Below the pieces are notes generated by a model that did not search any database, was not told the origin of the DNA, and worked only from the letters and a program-made list of their open reading frames with translations. From Octopus sinensis (taxonomy: Eukaryota): a stretch of 64,000 bases of DNA. Below are positions 13,501 through 27,000 of the stretch, in pieces (position 1 is the stretch's first letter; each line of letters starts with the position of its first letter). The translations under genes and the position numbers were made by a program. The DNA lies in the NCBI RefSeq assembly GCF_006345805.1, contig NC_043022.1, positions 17,422,001 through 17,486,000 on the forward strand, read 5' to 3'.

Positions 13501-14503
13501 CACCAGATGCATCGAATTCTGCTCTACAAAATATTTCCATAATATTTCCATCTTCACAAATATTGGGATCCTCCTCAACATTAATCCTCCCATGACCTTC
13601 TTTACTAAAAATCAACTACTCTAACCCAGGTGCAGGTGTGGCTATGTGGTAAGAAGTTAGCTTCCTAACCACATGGTTCTAGCTTCAGTTCCACTGCATG
13701 GCACCTTAGGCAAGTGTCTTCATCTATAGCCTCAGGCCAACCAAAGCCTTATGAGCGGATATGGTCGATGGAAACCGAAAGAAGCCCATCATATATGCGA
13801 GTGTGTGTGTACAGTGCAGGCATGGCTGTGTATTAAAAAGTTTGCTCCCCGACCACATGCTTCTGGGTTCAGTCTCACTGTATGGCAAGTATCTTCAGAA
13901 AATAAAAGAAGCCATTGTGTGTGTGTGTGTGTGTTTCTGTAGCCAACCACAGCTTGACAACCAGTGTTGGGTTGTTTACCTCCTTGTCACTTAGTGGTTT
14001 GGCAAAAGAGACCAACAGAATAAGTACCAGGCTTAAGAAAAAGAAGTGCTGGGGGTTGATTCACTGACTAAAAACTCTTCAAGGCAATGCTCCAGCATGC
14101 ATACAGTCTAATGACTGAAACAATTAAAAGGTAAAAGATGACCCTACCTAAGGAGACACTCCTCCTAATTTCTGGCTTCAGCTCAAGACCACAACCATTT
14201 GTAGAAGATAATGCAAATATAACATTCATGCATTCCTGAGGAGCATTTCAAGGAAAGCACTGAATTACTTTCTTATACTTTTAACATAATTCTCGTTAAT
14301 GGTTCATATATTTTAATCATTACAAATTTTCAAAAAGGGCCTGTAAAAATATGAACCTTGTTCGTCTCCCTGCGGATCTCGGTAAAACCATTCATCATGG
14401 TTTGAGGTCTCCACTTGCGTTTCCACACTCTTCTTTGGCTCTTCATCCTGAAAAAAAAAGACAGAAAATAAGGAATTTAAAGTGGGTAAGAGATAAATAC
14501 AAC

Positions 14504-14534
<31 letters not shown>

Positions 14535-17500
14535 AACGTAAGAGACATCCACTAGACCTCATCACCATTATTTATTTCTTCAACCCTTTAGAGCTTAGAC
14601 CGGCCAAAAATTATTCCCTTTTATTTGTTTGAACCATCTGATTCCTGTATGATATCACTAAAAAAAATAAATCACATCATTGAATTCTTGTAGCTTTGAG
14701 ATAATGTGAGATAAAGCCTTTCCTGTCTTTATTCAAGTAAAAATACAGTGAAATGTTTGAGACTTCTTGGTTTTTTGAACGTTTGAATACAAGTGTATAT
14801 CTTAGTTTTTAATGATATGGCACCAGCAAGTAGCAATTCTAACTTCAAAAGTTTTACTCTTGATGATGTCATCATTATCATCCAGTGTTTTAAATCTGGG
14901 CTTTGTCCCTGATCTACCTCAATGCCATAGCAACGGAGGCAGGCTATCATGAGGCTTTTTTGGAGCTGGATTTTCTATGGCGAACATACCCTTGCTTACA
15001 CCAAACCTCAGTTTCTACACATGAATGGTCCTGAGACCAAGGTCTCTACCACAATTTTTAAGAAATGTAGTGGAAAACTAGCTCAGGATGGCAGGGATGC
15101 TCTCCCTGAAACCCCTTTCGGAGCACCCCCTACCTATGAAAACAGTGATTTGTCTTCAGACGAATCATATTGACATTTATAAATCTTAGTCACACGGGGA
15201 AGATTTTGACAATGAAATGATACAGAAAACATTACAGCAACATGGTTGAACATTACTACTACAACCACAATTCATGATTTCACAGAAAAGACTAGTCCAC
15301 AATACAGTCTACCTCCCGATGCTCAACCATTCAACTATTTACTTTCAATTTTTTTTTGAAACTATCGTGGAGGAAACAAATATGCTCAACACAATTTCTA
15401 TCTGTAGAAGACCTGATCCACTATGGCAGCCAAGTGATACTGCACAAATGTGACCTTTTTTTATACTATAAACATTATGTTTGGCCATTATTCTGTCTAT
15501 TTCAGAACCATGTCATCATGTAAATATAATTTTCCATAGTTTCGTCTTCCCTGTTGTTGCCTCTCCTATGTAAGGTAGTGAACATATAGTGCAAAAATAT
15601 GATAGTGTAGTATATTAAGGCTATTGTTTGTCTATGAATACTGCCAAATGTGAGCTTTCTTTTCAGGTACATGATGCTGCTGTACCCCGTCCCAGGGTCT
15701 CAAGGGCCCATACCTCCCACACCCTCAAGGTTGGCACTCTCGACATCGGCACACTGAAAAGTAGGTCTAGTGAGATTGTTGAGATGCTTGAATGGAGATG
15801 TGTCGATATGTACTGTATCCAAGAAGTAAGGTGGAGAAGAGGTTCTGCTAGGTTCCTCACAGGCAAAGAACACAGGTACAAGATTTTCTGGACAGGGAAC
15901 AGTGATGGGGTTGCAGGCATGGGTATACTTCTTGCGGAGAAATGGGTGGATAAGGTAATCAAGGTAGTCAGAGTATGTGACAGAATACTTAAGATTAGAT
16001 TAGTGCTTCATCATGGGTTAGCAACCATTATCTCGGCCAGGGGTACCCAATGAACAGAAAGACCAATTCTATGACACCCTCCTGCAGACTACCTCGTTGA
16101 CGAATGAAAGGGACCATCTCTTTGTGGCTGGTGGACATGTTGGACAACATACAGGGGTCTTCCATGGTGTACATGGAGGCTACGGTTTTGTTTACCACAA
16201 TGTGGAGGAAACCAGGTTGCTGGAGTTCTGCGATGCAAATAGCCTTATGGTTTGCAATATTAACTTCAGGAAACCTGCCAGACACACTAGCAAAATTGAC
16301 TACATCCTCACCAGAAAAAGGGAAAGATGGCTGCTTATAAATGCCAAAACCTTTCCAGGCGAAGAATGTACCCCACAACATAAACTGGTAGTTAGTGACT
16401 TCAGGATCAGGGCTAAGTGGATGCCCAGTTGGACCTAAGAAGCATCAGATGTGGTGTGCAAGAGAGACAACTGCGCTAGTATGGTCATGTGGCAAGAATG
16501 GATGAGGATAGCTGTGTGAAAAAGTGTCACACCCTAGCGGTTGAGGGAACCTGTGGAAGAGGTAGACCCAGGAAGACCTGGGATGAAGTGCGACCTTCGA
16601 ACATTAGGCCTCACCGAGGCAATGACTAGTAACCAGGACGTTTGGAAATATGCTGTGCTTGAGAAGACCCAGCAAGCCAAGTGAGACCATAACCTCATGG
16701 CCTATGCCAGGGGTATAACCAGCCCACTTATGCGTACCCTTCCTTCTTTGGACACTAATTTCTGTTTGCAAAGACCTGTTGAGGCAAGTGAAATCGAAAT
16801 CAAATTCGATGACTGGCTTCCATGCTGGTGGCACGTAAAAAGCACCATTCGAGCGTGATTGTTACCAGCGGTGCCTCACTGGCACTTGTGCTGATGGCAC
16901 ATGAAAAAATATTTGAGCGAGGTTGTTACCAATGCCACTGGACTGGCACCTGTGCTGGTGGCATGTAAAAAACACCATTTGAGCGTGGCCATTGCCAGTA
17001 CCGCCTGACTGGCCCTCGTGCCGGTGGCATGTATAAGCACCTACTACACTCTCGGAGTGGTTGGCATTAGGAAGGGCATCCAGCTGTAGAAACTCTGCCA
17101 GATTAGATTGGAGCCTGGTTCGCCAGTCCTCAGTCAAACCATCCAACCCATGCTAGCATGGAAAGCGGATGCTAAATAATGATGATGACTGTTACTGAAT
17201 GTTTCTCAAGAAATATGGAAATAATTTTTCTACAAATCTTGGTCCCTTGCTTAGAATGAGACCCCACTCCTTACTAACTGCATTCAAAATGCATATAAAA
17301 CATTCTACAAACCTGGGAGATACCTATCCATCAAGGAGAGCATGGTGGGTTATAAGGGTTGAGTGCATTTCTGACAATATATGCCAGGAAAACCCTCAAA
17401 GTGGGGGATCAAAGTTTGGATCAAATATGTGAAGTGAATACTGGGTAGTGCTGTGGATTCAATTTCTATTCAGACAAGAAGAGACAACAATGTAAGCCAA

Positions 17501-20500
17501 CATGGCCTCGGGTCCAGGGTGTATACTATCTTTTGACAAGTTTTTCAGTTTGGTCAAACCTGCAGAGGATTTAGAAGCTGTAGCAACAGAAACATGTGCT
17601 GCAGTGATTGCAAGTCGGAAAAGGATGCCATTTGGATATTTTAAAAAAAAAGAAAGTAAAATTAAAACAAAATAAATGAAATGATCCAATGGCAGAAAGG
17701 AGATTTGCTAGTGACCACATCCTGAGATAAGAGACAAATCAATTTTCTATTCACACATGGATGAACATGGCACCCCATTTGTGAACCTCAAATAGAACAA
17801 GTATGTAAGTGGTGTAGACCAGTTGAATCAAATAATGAGTTATTTATTACTTGGTTAGTACACCAGGTATTAAATGGTGGTAATATCTAGTTTGGTACAT
17901 AGTAAATATGATTATTGCTAATGTGTTTTTTAAATTGTGTTCCAAAAATCACATGTCAATAAAATAAGAAGCCATTTTACAAAATCAGACTAAATTCACA
18001 TCTACTTTAGAAACAAACAAGGGATGTATTTTGGTTAGAAATATAGTAAAGAAAAGGTTAAGGATTTCATGATGCCTTTCATCATCATCATCATCATCGT
18101 TTAACGTCCGTTCTCCATGCTAGCATGGGTTGGACGGTTCGACCGGGGATCTGGGAAGCCAGAAGGCTGCACCAGGCTCCAGTCTTATCTGGCAGTGTTT
18201 CTACAGCTGGATGCCCTTCCTAACGCCAACCACTCCGTGAGTGTAGTGGGTGCTTTTTACGTGCCACCTGCACAGGTGCCAGGCGAGGCTGGCAACGGCC
18301 ATGGTCGGATTGGTGTATTTTATGTGCCACCGGCACGGAAGCCAGACGAGGCGGAGCTGGCATCGGCCACGAGTCGGATAGTGCTTTTTACGCCATGAGT
18401 CGGATAGTGCTTTTTACGTACCACCAGACCAGGGATCCTGGCTGGTTCAATATACCTTTGAAGGTATATTTCATCAGGCAGCTTTTTATTAATTTCAACT
18501 TTAATGAATCTATGGTCATCAAAAGGATGAACCTGAGTAGAGCAACATATGCAGAAATTCCTAAGCTTGTGTCAGCGAGTATTCAAAGTTTTGTATATGT
18601 GTCATACATAATTCTAAATATGAGATCAAGAAATACAGCAGACAGGAAATTTACATTTAAATTCAATCTAAAGAAACTGAAATTGGGATTTGCACAGACT
18701 ACCAAGATGGCAGAATCTGATAATCCATGAACAATAAAAATCTTGAAGATTAATTCCATCAACAGGTTCAAACAACATCAGCTACCACTGCTATCATCCT
18801 CATTTAATGATAAGGAACATTATGAAAAAGGTTGGTATTAAATCTCATATCATCTCAAAAGATATTCTGTTTGACATGAGGTTCTTGAGAAGATGTGGCC
18901 ACGTCAGTGAAACTGAGTTCTAGAAGCGCTGTGTGTCCCACCCATACTTAACAACAAAATTTCTCACACACCCCACCACAACAAACCAAACTACATCTCT
19001 TCCTCACATTTCCGCTTCATGCATTGTGCTTACCTCCCATTCCCCAATCCTGTCCTCTTGGCGCTGTGCCACTGTATCATTGCTCTCTGCTAACCCACCA
19101 ACCGGTGTATTCCACCCATATGCCCTGTCTCACTGTATCATTGCTATCCTCTAGCCTCCGACCTGTGTTCCACACATACATAACAAGAAAACTTTTCACA
19201 CACCTTACCCCAACAAACCAATCTACATCTCTTCTCTTCCTCACATTTCCTCCTTCATACACTATACCTAGCTCATGGCCCTGTTCCTCTATCATTGCAA
19301 TCCAGTAGCCCCACATACACACACCGACTATATATACCCAGGTTTTCGCTACTCACTACCTACCTTCGCACTCTTTAATCACACTCCCTTCACAATATCC
19401 TGCCACTTATTTTATGGCATTCAAACCTGAAGGATATGCCCTGGCACTTCCCACCATTTACATCTCCCTCTTCCTTTACTCAACCATCCCATTTATATTC
19501 TGATCCCCCGTCCCTTGTGAGTATGTCCAACATTTTGCCACCATCTCTATCCTGCTGTCACCCACTCACTCTCTCTCTCCTTCTCCTGCACTTCCCTTAA
19601 ATTGGGTAACCATATATTACCTTTGCGGTAGCACAACTGTTTCTGTCTTCATTCCTGATCTCTCTCTCTCTCCAGCCAGGTAACCTTGTACTTGCTTTAC
19701 AGCAAGACACCTGCTTCTGTCTCTGTCTCACTATAACATTTCATCATCTGATACAAGATCACCTCCTCTAATGTTCCTTCCCTCTTGAAAGGTTTTCTTT
19801 TTGTCTTGCAAGTACTTGGTGACCCTGTCAGTACAGGTACCACTTAAAAGCACCCAGTCCACACTGTAAAGTGTTTGGTGTTCAGAAGGGCATCCAGCTG
19901 TAAAAACCTTGCTAAAACTGACCACACCTGTGCTTTGTGCAATGTAAAAAGCATTATGTCCACTCTACTGAGTAGCTGGTGTTAGAAAGGGCATCCAGCT
20001 GTAAAAATCATGTAAAAACAATTACAGAAGTCTCGCCAGCTCTTGTCAAGCCATCCCACCCATGCCAGCATGGAAGGCAGATGTTAACCGATGATGAAGT
20101 GAAGCCACAAGTTTTTGTTGCCCATAGATAATTAGATTCTGCCAGTCATTCACCAAATCTATCAATAAGCTGCCATTTACTGTATCTATCTCCAGTGTCA
20201 AAAATAAGTTTTCTTCTTGAGTGTCACCATGTCAGTGCCTGTACTGGTGTCAGCTAAAAGCACCTGTGTCAGTGCCACATAAAAAGCACCCAGTCTACAC
20301 TCTGAAGTGGTTGGTGTTAGGAAGAGCATCCAGCTTTAGAAACCATGCCAAAACGAACAACTGGAACTTCACCAACCTATCTGACCATGCCATAGCAAAG
20401 ACAAGTTTTAGCCTGAACTAAAGATGATTTCTCCACATCAGCAACATAAAAATTAGGGTCACTGGGCGAAATGCTATCCATAATTCTACTAGTGGACTCT

Positions 20501-23500
20501 TCAACTGGGTTGTAAAAACAATATCTTACAATGTAAAAATTTTACCAGGTTTATGAGACAAATTTATGGCAATCTACTTTCTGTTTACCTTGTTATGTCT
20601 GTGACTAAAAGCATTTTTAATGGCCTCTTCTGCAAGTGATATAGGAAATTTACATTTTGATTAATTGTCCAAGAGAAATGACAAGGTCATTAATAGGTTG
20701 TCCAGGTGGTTCTTTCAATGAATACAGCCTTAGTCATTCAATAAGTACATTTTTGCAACTAGTAAATTTAGAAGCCATGAAATTCTTTCATCTTAAATAG
20801 CAGGTAATATCATCATCTATCATGTCTGAAAAATTTGCCATAAAATTTTTGCTGTGGGAAAATTTATCATAGGAAATTTCACTGTAAAGGAAGGCACAGA
20901 AGCAGACTGTAAACTAGAAAACTCATTTTAAAGAAATTACTTTTCTCTAATTGATAAATTAGTTGATGAAGTTGCCATTTTAAGAAAAGAACTTTTTTTT
21001 TGTACAATTAATCTTTTTTTACAGCATATTTTCCTTTATGTATCTTCAACCTCCATTTTTGTAATTTGATACTATTCTATTTTATCATAGTAAGAACTGG
21101 CTGATGAATTTCCCAGATTTAATTGATTCAAATTCATTTTATTTTTCTTATCAAGTCTTATACGTCTAAGTTACCCGTCAAACTGAATAATAAATTTATG
21201 AAAGACCTCTGCACCATTATTTGTTAAAAGGACAATTGATTCTTATTAACAATCTTCACAGCAAAGTGTATTGTTTTGCTGGCTGTTTTCTGTACATTAT
21301 TTACAATGGGACTAGTTGGGAGTTTCTTAACTTTGTCACTTATTCTGATGACTGCTTCCACTGGCTCACCTGAACTTTTAACAGACTGATTCTCCAATAG
21401 AGCCTTCCATGTATTAAAATAACTTCTGAAGAGTTAAGACTGTTGTTATCCATAATTTCCAGGAATCAATATTCAATCACAGATGTATTTTACACCTCTA
21501 ATAAAGTTGTTTTACCCACATTTTATAATAAATTTTAAGCTGTTTGTCTATAGGCTAATACTTATAAGCAGAGGACTCAATGTTTTCACATAATGCTACA
21601 GATAGTAATTAACAAAACAATGTAAGACAAAGTAAATAATATCCAAAACTACAGTAACAATTCATAAAATACAATCTTACTTCCTTTGTAACATCAGCAA
21701 CAATGTTTTCTGCAGTCTTTTTCAGCCTGTCCAGGGTATCTTCATCAGAGATAGCACCAGAATTATTGTCTTTAGATATTACATCTAAATGTGGAGGGCA
21801 CATGACATCAGAATCTATCATGGAGCAGTTTTTTGTTAACATGGGTGGCACAGCCACAATGACTTTGTTCTTCAGGGACACAGGATCTGAGGCCGGTGAT
21901 GGAGGATTCATGTTCACAGCAGAATGTGCTGTTTTGCTGGGTGATTTCTGTACACTATTTACAATGGGACTAGTTCGCAGTTTCTTAGCTTCTTCACTTA
22001 TACTGATGACTGCTTCCACTGGCTCACTTGAACTTTTAACAGACTGATTCTCTAATGGAGCCTTCCTTGTATCAGCCTAGGAAAGACAGTGAAAAAAAAA
22101 AGTGAAATAAAATGCCCTGAACATTTTCCTGTTACATTTCATATACTTACACTGACTTTAGGACAGATTAAAAAGTGGAAGAAAAGTAAAGCTACACCAA
22201 CTAAATATGAAACTCAATAGTAACAATTACTAGAAAACAACCTAACCATCTATTTACTCCCAATCTATAAATTATAAAATCAGTCTTGCGCATTCTTAAG
22301 CAAGCACAAGTGCAGGTGTGTGCATGTCTAATGGACATCAAGACACAGCCAGTAGCAAATGAAAGAAAAAGAAAATGTAAGTTAATAAGTGGAACAGGCA
22401 CATGATTTGACACTGAATAAAAAGAGAAAAGGAAGAAAAAGAAAGAGAACCATTTGATGGATTTCTCTTAAATCAAGTTTTTCTCTCAGTATGTTTGTAC
22501 TCTGGAATCCATGCATGCAGTCATTGCGCATCCCTCAGAGAATTCTTGCCTCATTCCTTTCCAGTCGCCTGCATTCAAGGCCCATGTCTCACCACCAGAC
22601 ATCATTACAATTCAAACACAAGCATGATACAATCTGCCCTCCACTCTGAAGGAGAAAACTTCTGCTGCTGGAAGAGGTTCACTGAACTTTTTCCCACCCA
22701 TTCGTATCCTGACCACTAAACATTCTGAACAGTTGTTTCCCCTGCAAATTACGTCACAGGTAACAGAACCTATTGACTACTTCTAGTAAGCCAGCTGGGA
22801 ACTGAAAAGAATCTATTTTTATAAAAGCAAGGTGCCACATAAGCACCCAATATACTGTGTAAAGTGGTTGGCATTAGGAAGGGCATCCAGCCACAGAAAC
22901 CAAGATTATTGTGCCTAGTATGGTCCCTGGCCTTGCCAGCTCCTGTCAAGCCATCCAACCCATATCAGCATGGAAAACAGATGATGATGATGATAAATAC
23001 ATCTTAAATTGCATTTAATCCATATTTTTGCTGATAAAGCATGGTAAACATTTATCCCTGGAGATTGCTTATGTGCAAATATTTAACAACTTTGCTTCAA
23101 GCATGAAAGTGTTATCAATAGCTTATTCCATCATCATCATTTAACGTCCTTTGCCCATGCTGGCATAGGTTGGACAGTTTGACCAGGATTAGCAAGCTGG
23201 AAGACTGCACCAGACACCAGCTTGATTTGGCATGGTTTCTATGGTTGGATTCCCTTCCTAATGCCAACCGCTCTGAAAGTGTAATGGGTGCTTTTACATG
23301 CCACTGGCACAGGTGCCATCTGTGTGACACCAGTATCTGCCATGACTGTGATTTTACTTGGTTTGATGGGTCTTCTTCTCAAGCACAGCTTAATGCCAAA
23401 GGTGTCGGTTAACCATCATTGCCTCTGTGTTAGCAGATTTTAATAGGAAATAAGTCACAGCATTTGAAGTGATGAAATGATTTTAGTTAATAACATACCA

Positions 23501-24033
23501 CACTGATGACTTTAGATTTTGTGGTGTTCTTTCCTCAATTATTTTTTAAGACTTTGTCTTTTTGCATTTCAATCTTTAACAAAGCATTAGAGATAGCATC
23601 TAGATTATTGTAAAGCTTTAGAGTGGTAGTGTTGGATTTGATCAAACTCCCCAAATAAATTCGATAGAACTCTACACATCAATTCTAAAGATTTTATAGT
23701 AAATTGGGTACTGCATGGTTCAGCCTCCTTGTCCTCTAATGGAAAATATTCAAAACAACAAAGGCTTCTTCTCACCCCTTTCATTTCACAAGAAGCTTTT
23801 GTCTCAGGCTGATCTTCCCAGTGGTCATCATGAATGGGTGGGATTTCTTTCTTTTCTCTTCTGTGACCTTTGAGTGAAACATCTTTCATTGGATCCTTCA
23901 GAAACAAAATAAAATTAAAATTAGATAATTAATTTGGTTTGGTATGCATTTTTCCATCCTGGCAATATGCAAGCTAAGTTATGCAACTATTCTATTAAAG
24001 TATTTTCCTTTAGCACCTTCCCCTCTCTCTCTC

Positions 24034-24080
<47 letters not shown>

Positions 24081-27000
24081 AACACATAAAGCCACTGTTT
24101 AAAGAAAATGAGTCACTGAGTGCTGATCTTGTGAGAAAAAGCAAAGGATATATGGCAATAAGCAAACTTGAGTTGTTCAACACCACAGATCCACACAAGA
24201 AAGAGGTAACCATTAATTACATCAAGATCAAGGAAAATGTAATATTGGCTACTGATGAGATGAATTTAGCAATAGCCACACATGGTCTTCCTGCTGTTCT
24301 TTTAAAGAGATGCCACAAAGCTCTCACAAAACCACTGCAGATATTGTTCAAGAATCTCCTTGCTTGTAAGCAAGCAACAAAAGGGAGTTGACTAATCACT
24401 CATAATTAGGTCAGCTTAACAAAACAAAGAAAATTAAATTAACAAAGACAATCTTCTGGAAAGGAAAACAAAACACAAACAATGAATAACAATATGTAGC
24501 AGACCCTATGGCAATTCAACAGGATAAATCAGCTTATTTGAATGTCTACTTTCCCATCTACCAATGCATGTTTGTCTGCTCTCATAGTACCAATAAGCAT
24601 TTAAACCTAATGAAAAAAAGCAGTGCTCCAGCATGGCCATAGCCTTTGGTCTGGAACATGTAAAAGAAGTATAATATCCACAGCTATTTCCTAACTAATG
24701 TTATGTCACTTTAATTTAACCACCTATCAATATATCTTTTGATGCATAAATTTATAGATCAGGACATTGTTTCATTATGTGAAATATTTCAACTGAACCA
24801 GCAATTTGAACTGCAAATGCAGAACAATAAAACCCCACCCACCCACTCTCTTTCTTGTTTTTTCCCACTATTTCCATTTCCTTCTTTGTCGCTTCTCCCT
24901 TTGTCTCTACATGTCTCCATTTGAGTTGGCTAACACACTGAGAAAACTAATAGACCACAGAAACAAGAATATTACAATAATTAAAAGCACAAACTCACTT
25001 TATTTGAAACAAAAATCCCATTTGAGTCAAATGTACCAGTTTCATTGTAATCTTCATCATTCGGAACACTCCACTCAGGCATATCTAAACAAGAAAATTA
25101 AATAAAGAGTTCCATACACATCTTTAAAAACTGTGAGCTGGTATCCATACACACACATTTTTTATTTGAATATAATTTTACTGAGAAGATAAACCTATTG
25201 TTTTTGGACCCAGGGGATCAAAGGTGCTCCAGCCATTGCCATCACTTTCTTTTTCTTTCCCCCTCATTTTCAAACAATGTACGGAGCCAAATTATCCAAT
25301 AAGTTTTCCTTTCTTAAGCTGTTAATGTAATACAAGAGATATTTTGTTATTTCTAGCAGGCTGAATGAGTGTCAAGACTTATTCAGATGGTACAGAGTTG
25401 GATTGAATTACATCACAATGTATGTTATTCTTCTGCTTTCAGAGCTCAAATGAGTCTGGGGTTACAGTTCTCATTCCTCATAACAAGGAAGATAAATGCC
25501 AATAAATATAGTCACTTCCATTGGAAATAATGGAAGTGTTCAAATTATAAATTTATTGGTTTACTTAACTAGGTACAAAAACCTTCTATTTTAGGAGAAA
25601 ACAGTACAAAACTTGGTGTCATTAATACTTTTGTAATTAGCATCAACAGCAGAAGTTGAATGAAAATCAGGATTGAAATCATGGCACAAGTTACAGTTGT
25701 AATGCAGCTTTATTTTAAGTAATTGTTATTTATAAGATATTAGGAAATGATTTATTTATATGTTATGCATGGAGTGAAATTAACTCTGCCATATTATGTT
25801 AAAAGTACAAGTGTCTGTGCAAATACAATAAATCAGTAGCTTTGTTGATTGTCAAAAGTGATATAAGGTCTATTATTCATTCATGCTTATTGAACTCACT
25901 TGTATATATATATATGTGTGCATATCCTGTATCACGATATTATGTATGGTGTAAGGCAGCAAGCTAGCAAAACCATTAGCACACTGGACAAAATGCTTAG
26001 CAGCAGTTCATCCATCTTTCAATTCTTAATTCAAATTCTGCCAAAGTCAACTTTGCCTTCCTTCTCTTTTGGGGTCAATAAAATACATACCAGTTACATA
26101 CTAGGGTCAATGTAATCAACTAGCCTCTTTCTCCAAAATTTCAGGCCTTGTGTAGAAAGGATATTAGATATGAGGGTCAAAAGTAGAACTTGAAAATTTT
26201 TCTCCACTTCTTAGTCTTGAGAATTTAGATGAAATATTTCAAAGCAAAAGATATCCATCTTAGTTGCTATGTTATGATTAAATTAAATTTGCAACTCTAT
26301 ACCAACTAGAGCAGGTTAGGTTACTTTGATTAAAATACTCCAGACTCACCAAAAGAACAACCATACTGTCTGCAATTAACTGCCATTCATTCTGTCAGTT
26401 TGTTTCCTTACCTCCATCATCCCACATCTCAGTGCTTCGGCTGCGCTGAAAGCTCCTTGGTCTGTCCCGGTCACGGTCAAATGTGTGTTGCCTGTCTTTG
26501 AAGAAACCTATACCAGTAGTGCTTTTAGTGCGTTCAGAATCCAAACCTCGCCATCTTTGAGAAGCTAAAGACAAGATAAAAGCAAAACATTTTATAGCAA
26601 ATAATATTGGAACAGAAGAATGCAGTTGATCTACCAAATTAAATTCTATTAAAAGCAAACTAATTATGGACAAGTATATGAAGAAGCCAATAAATATGCA
26701 AGCTGGAATACTAAAACTAATGAAAATTCATACGTTTGCCAACAAGATAACTGGCTACAAAATAAAGCAATGACTTAAACATTTAGCATTTAAACTGGCC
26801 AGATCAGGCCAAAATATTCTGTTTTATGTTCAAATCAGTCAGATCTGGCTTCTCACACCAACCCAACAATGTCATTCTAAAAATAATACAATCACCTCAT
26901 CGAAATTTCAGAGCTATGAGATGATACATGATTAATTCAAAACAATGAGAATAAATAAGACTACCCCCCATCCAAGTGGTTTTCTACGAGCCCCTAGATA

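Noticed and set aside
14351-14356. U12-type (minor) intron as an explanation for the odd donor
   Set aside because: GTTCAT does not match the RTATCCTT minor-class donor.
18930-19750. Pyrimidine-rich region with a diverged ~230-bp duplication and a hammerhead-like remnant (atgatga...gaagc on the minus strand)
   Set aside because: The catalytic core CUGANGA/GAAA is not intact and the stems cannot be drawn. Probably an old repeat remnant.
20640-21250. Coding-looking sequence downstream of the exon 9 duplicate
   Set aside because: Stops in all frames, acceptor phases do not fit, and no similarity to the rest of exon 9 is visible.
21703-22047. 114-aa plus-strand ORF
   Set aside because: It is the antisense shadow of GIGYF exon 9.
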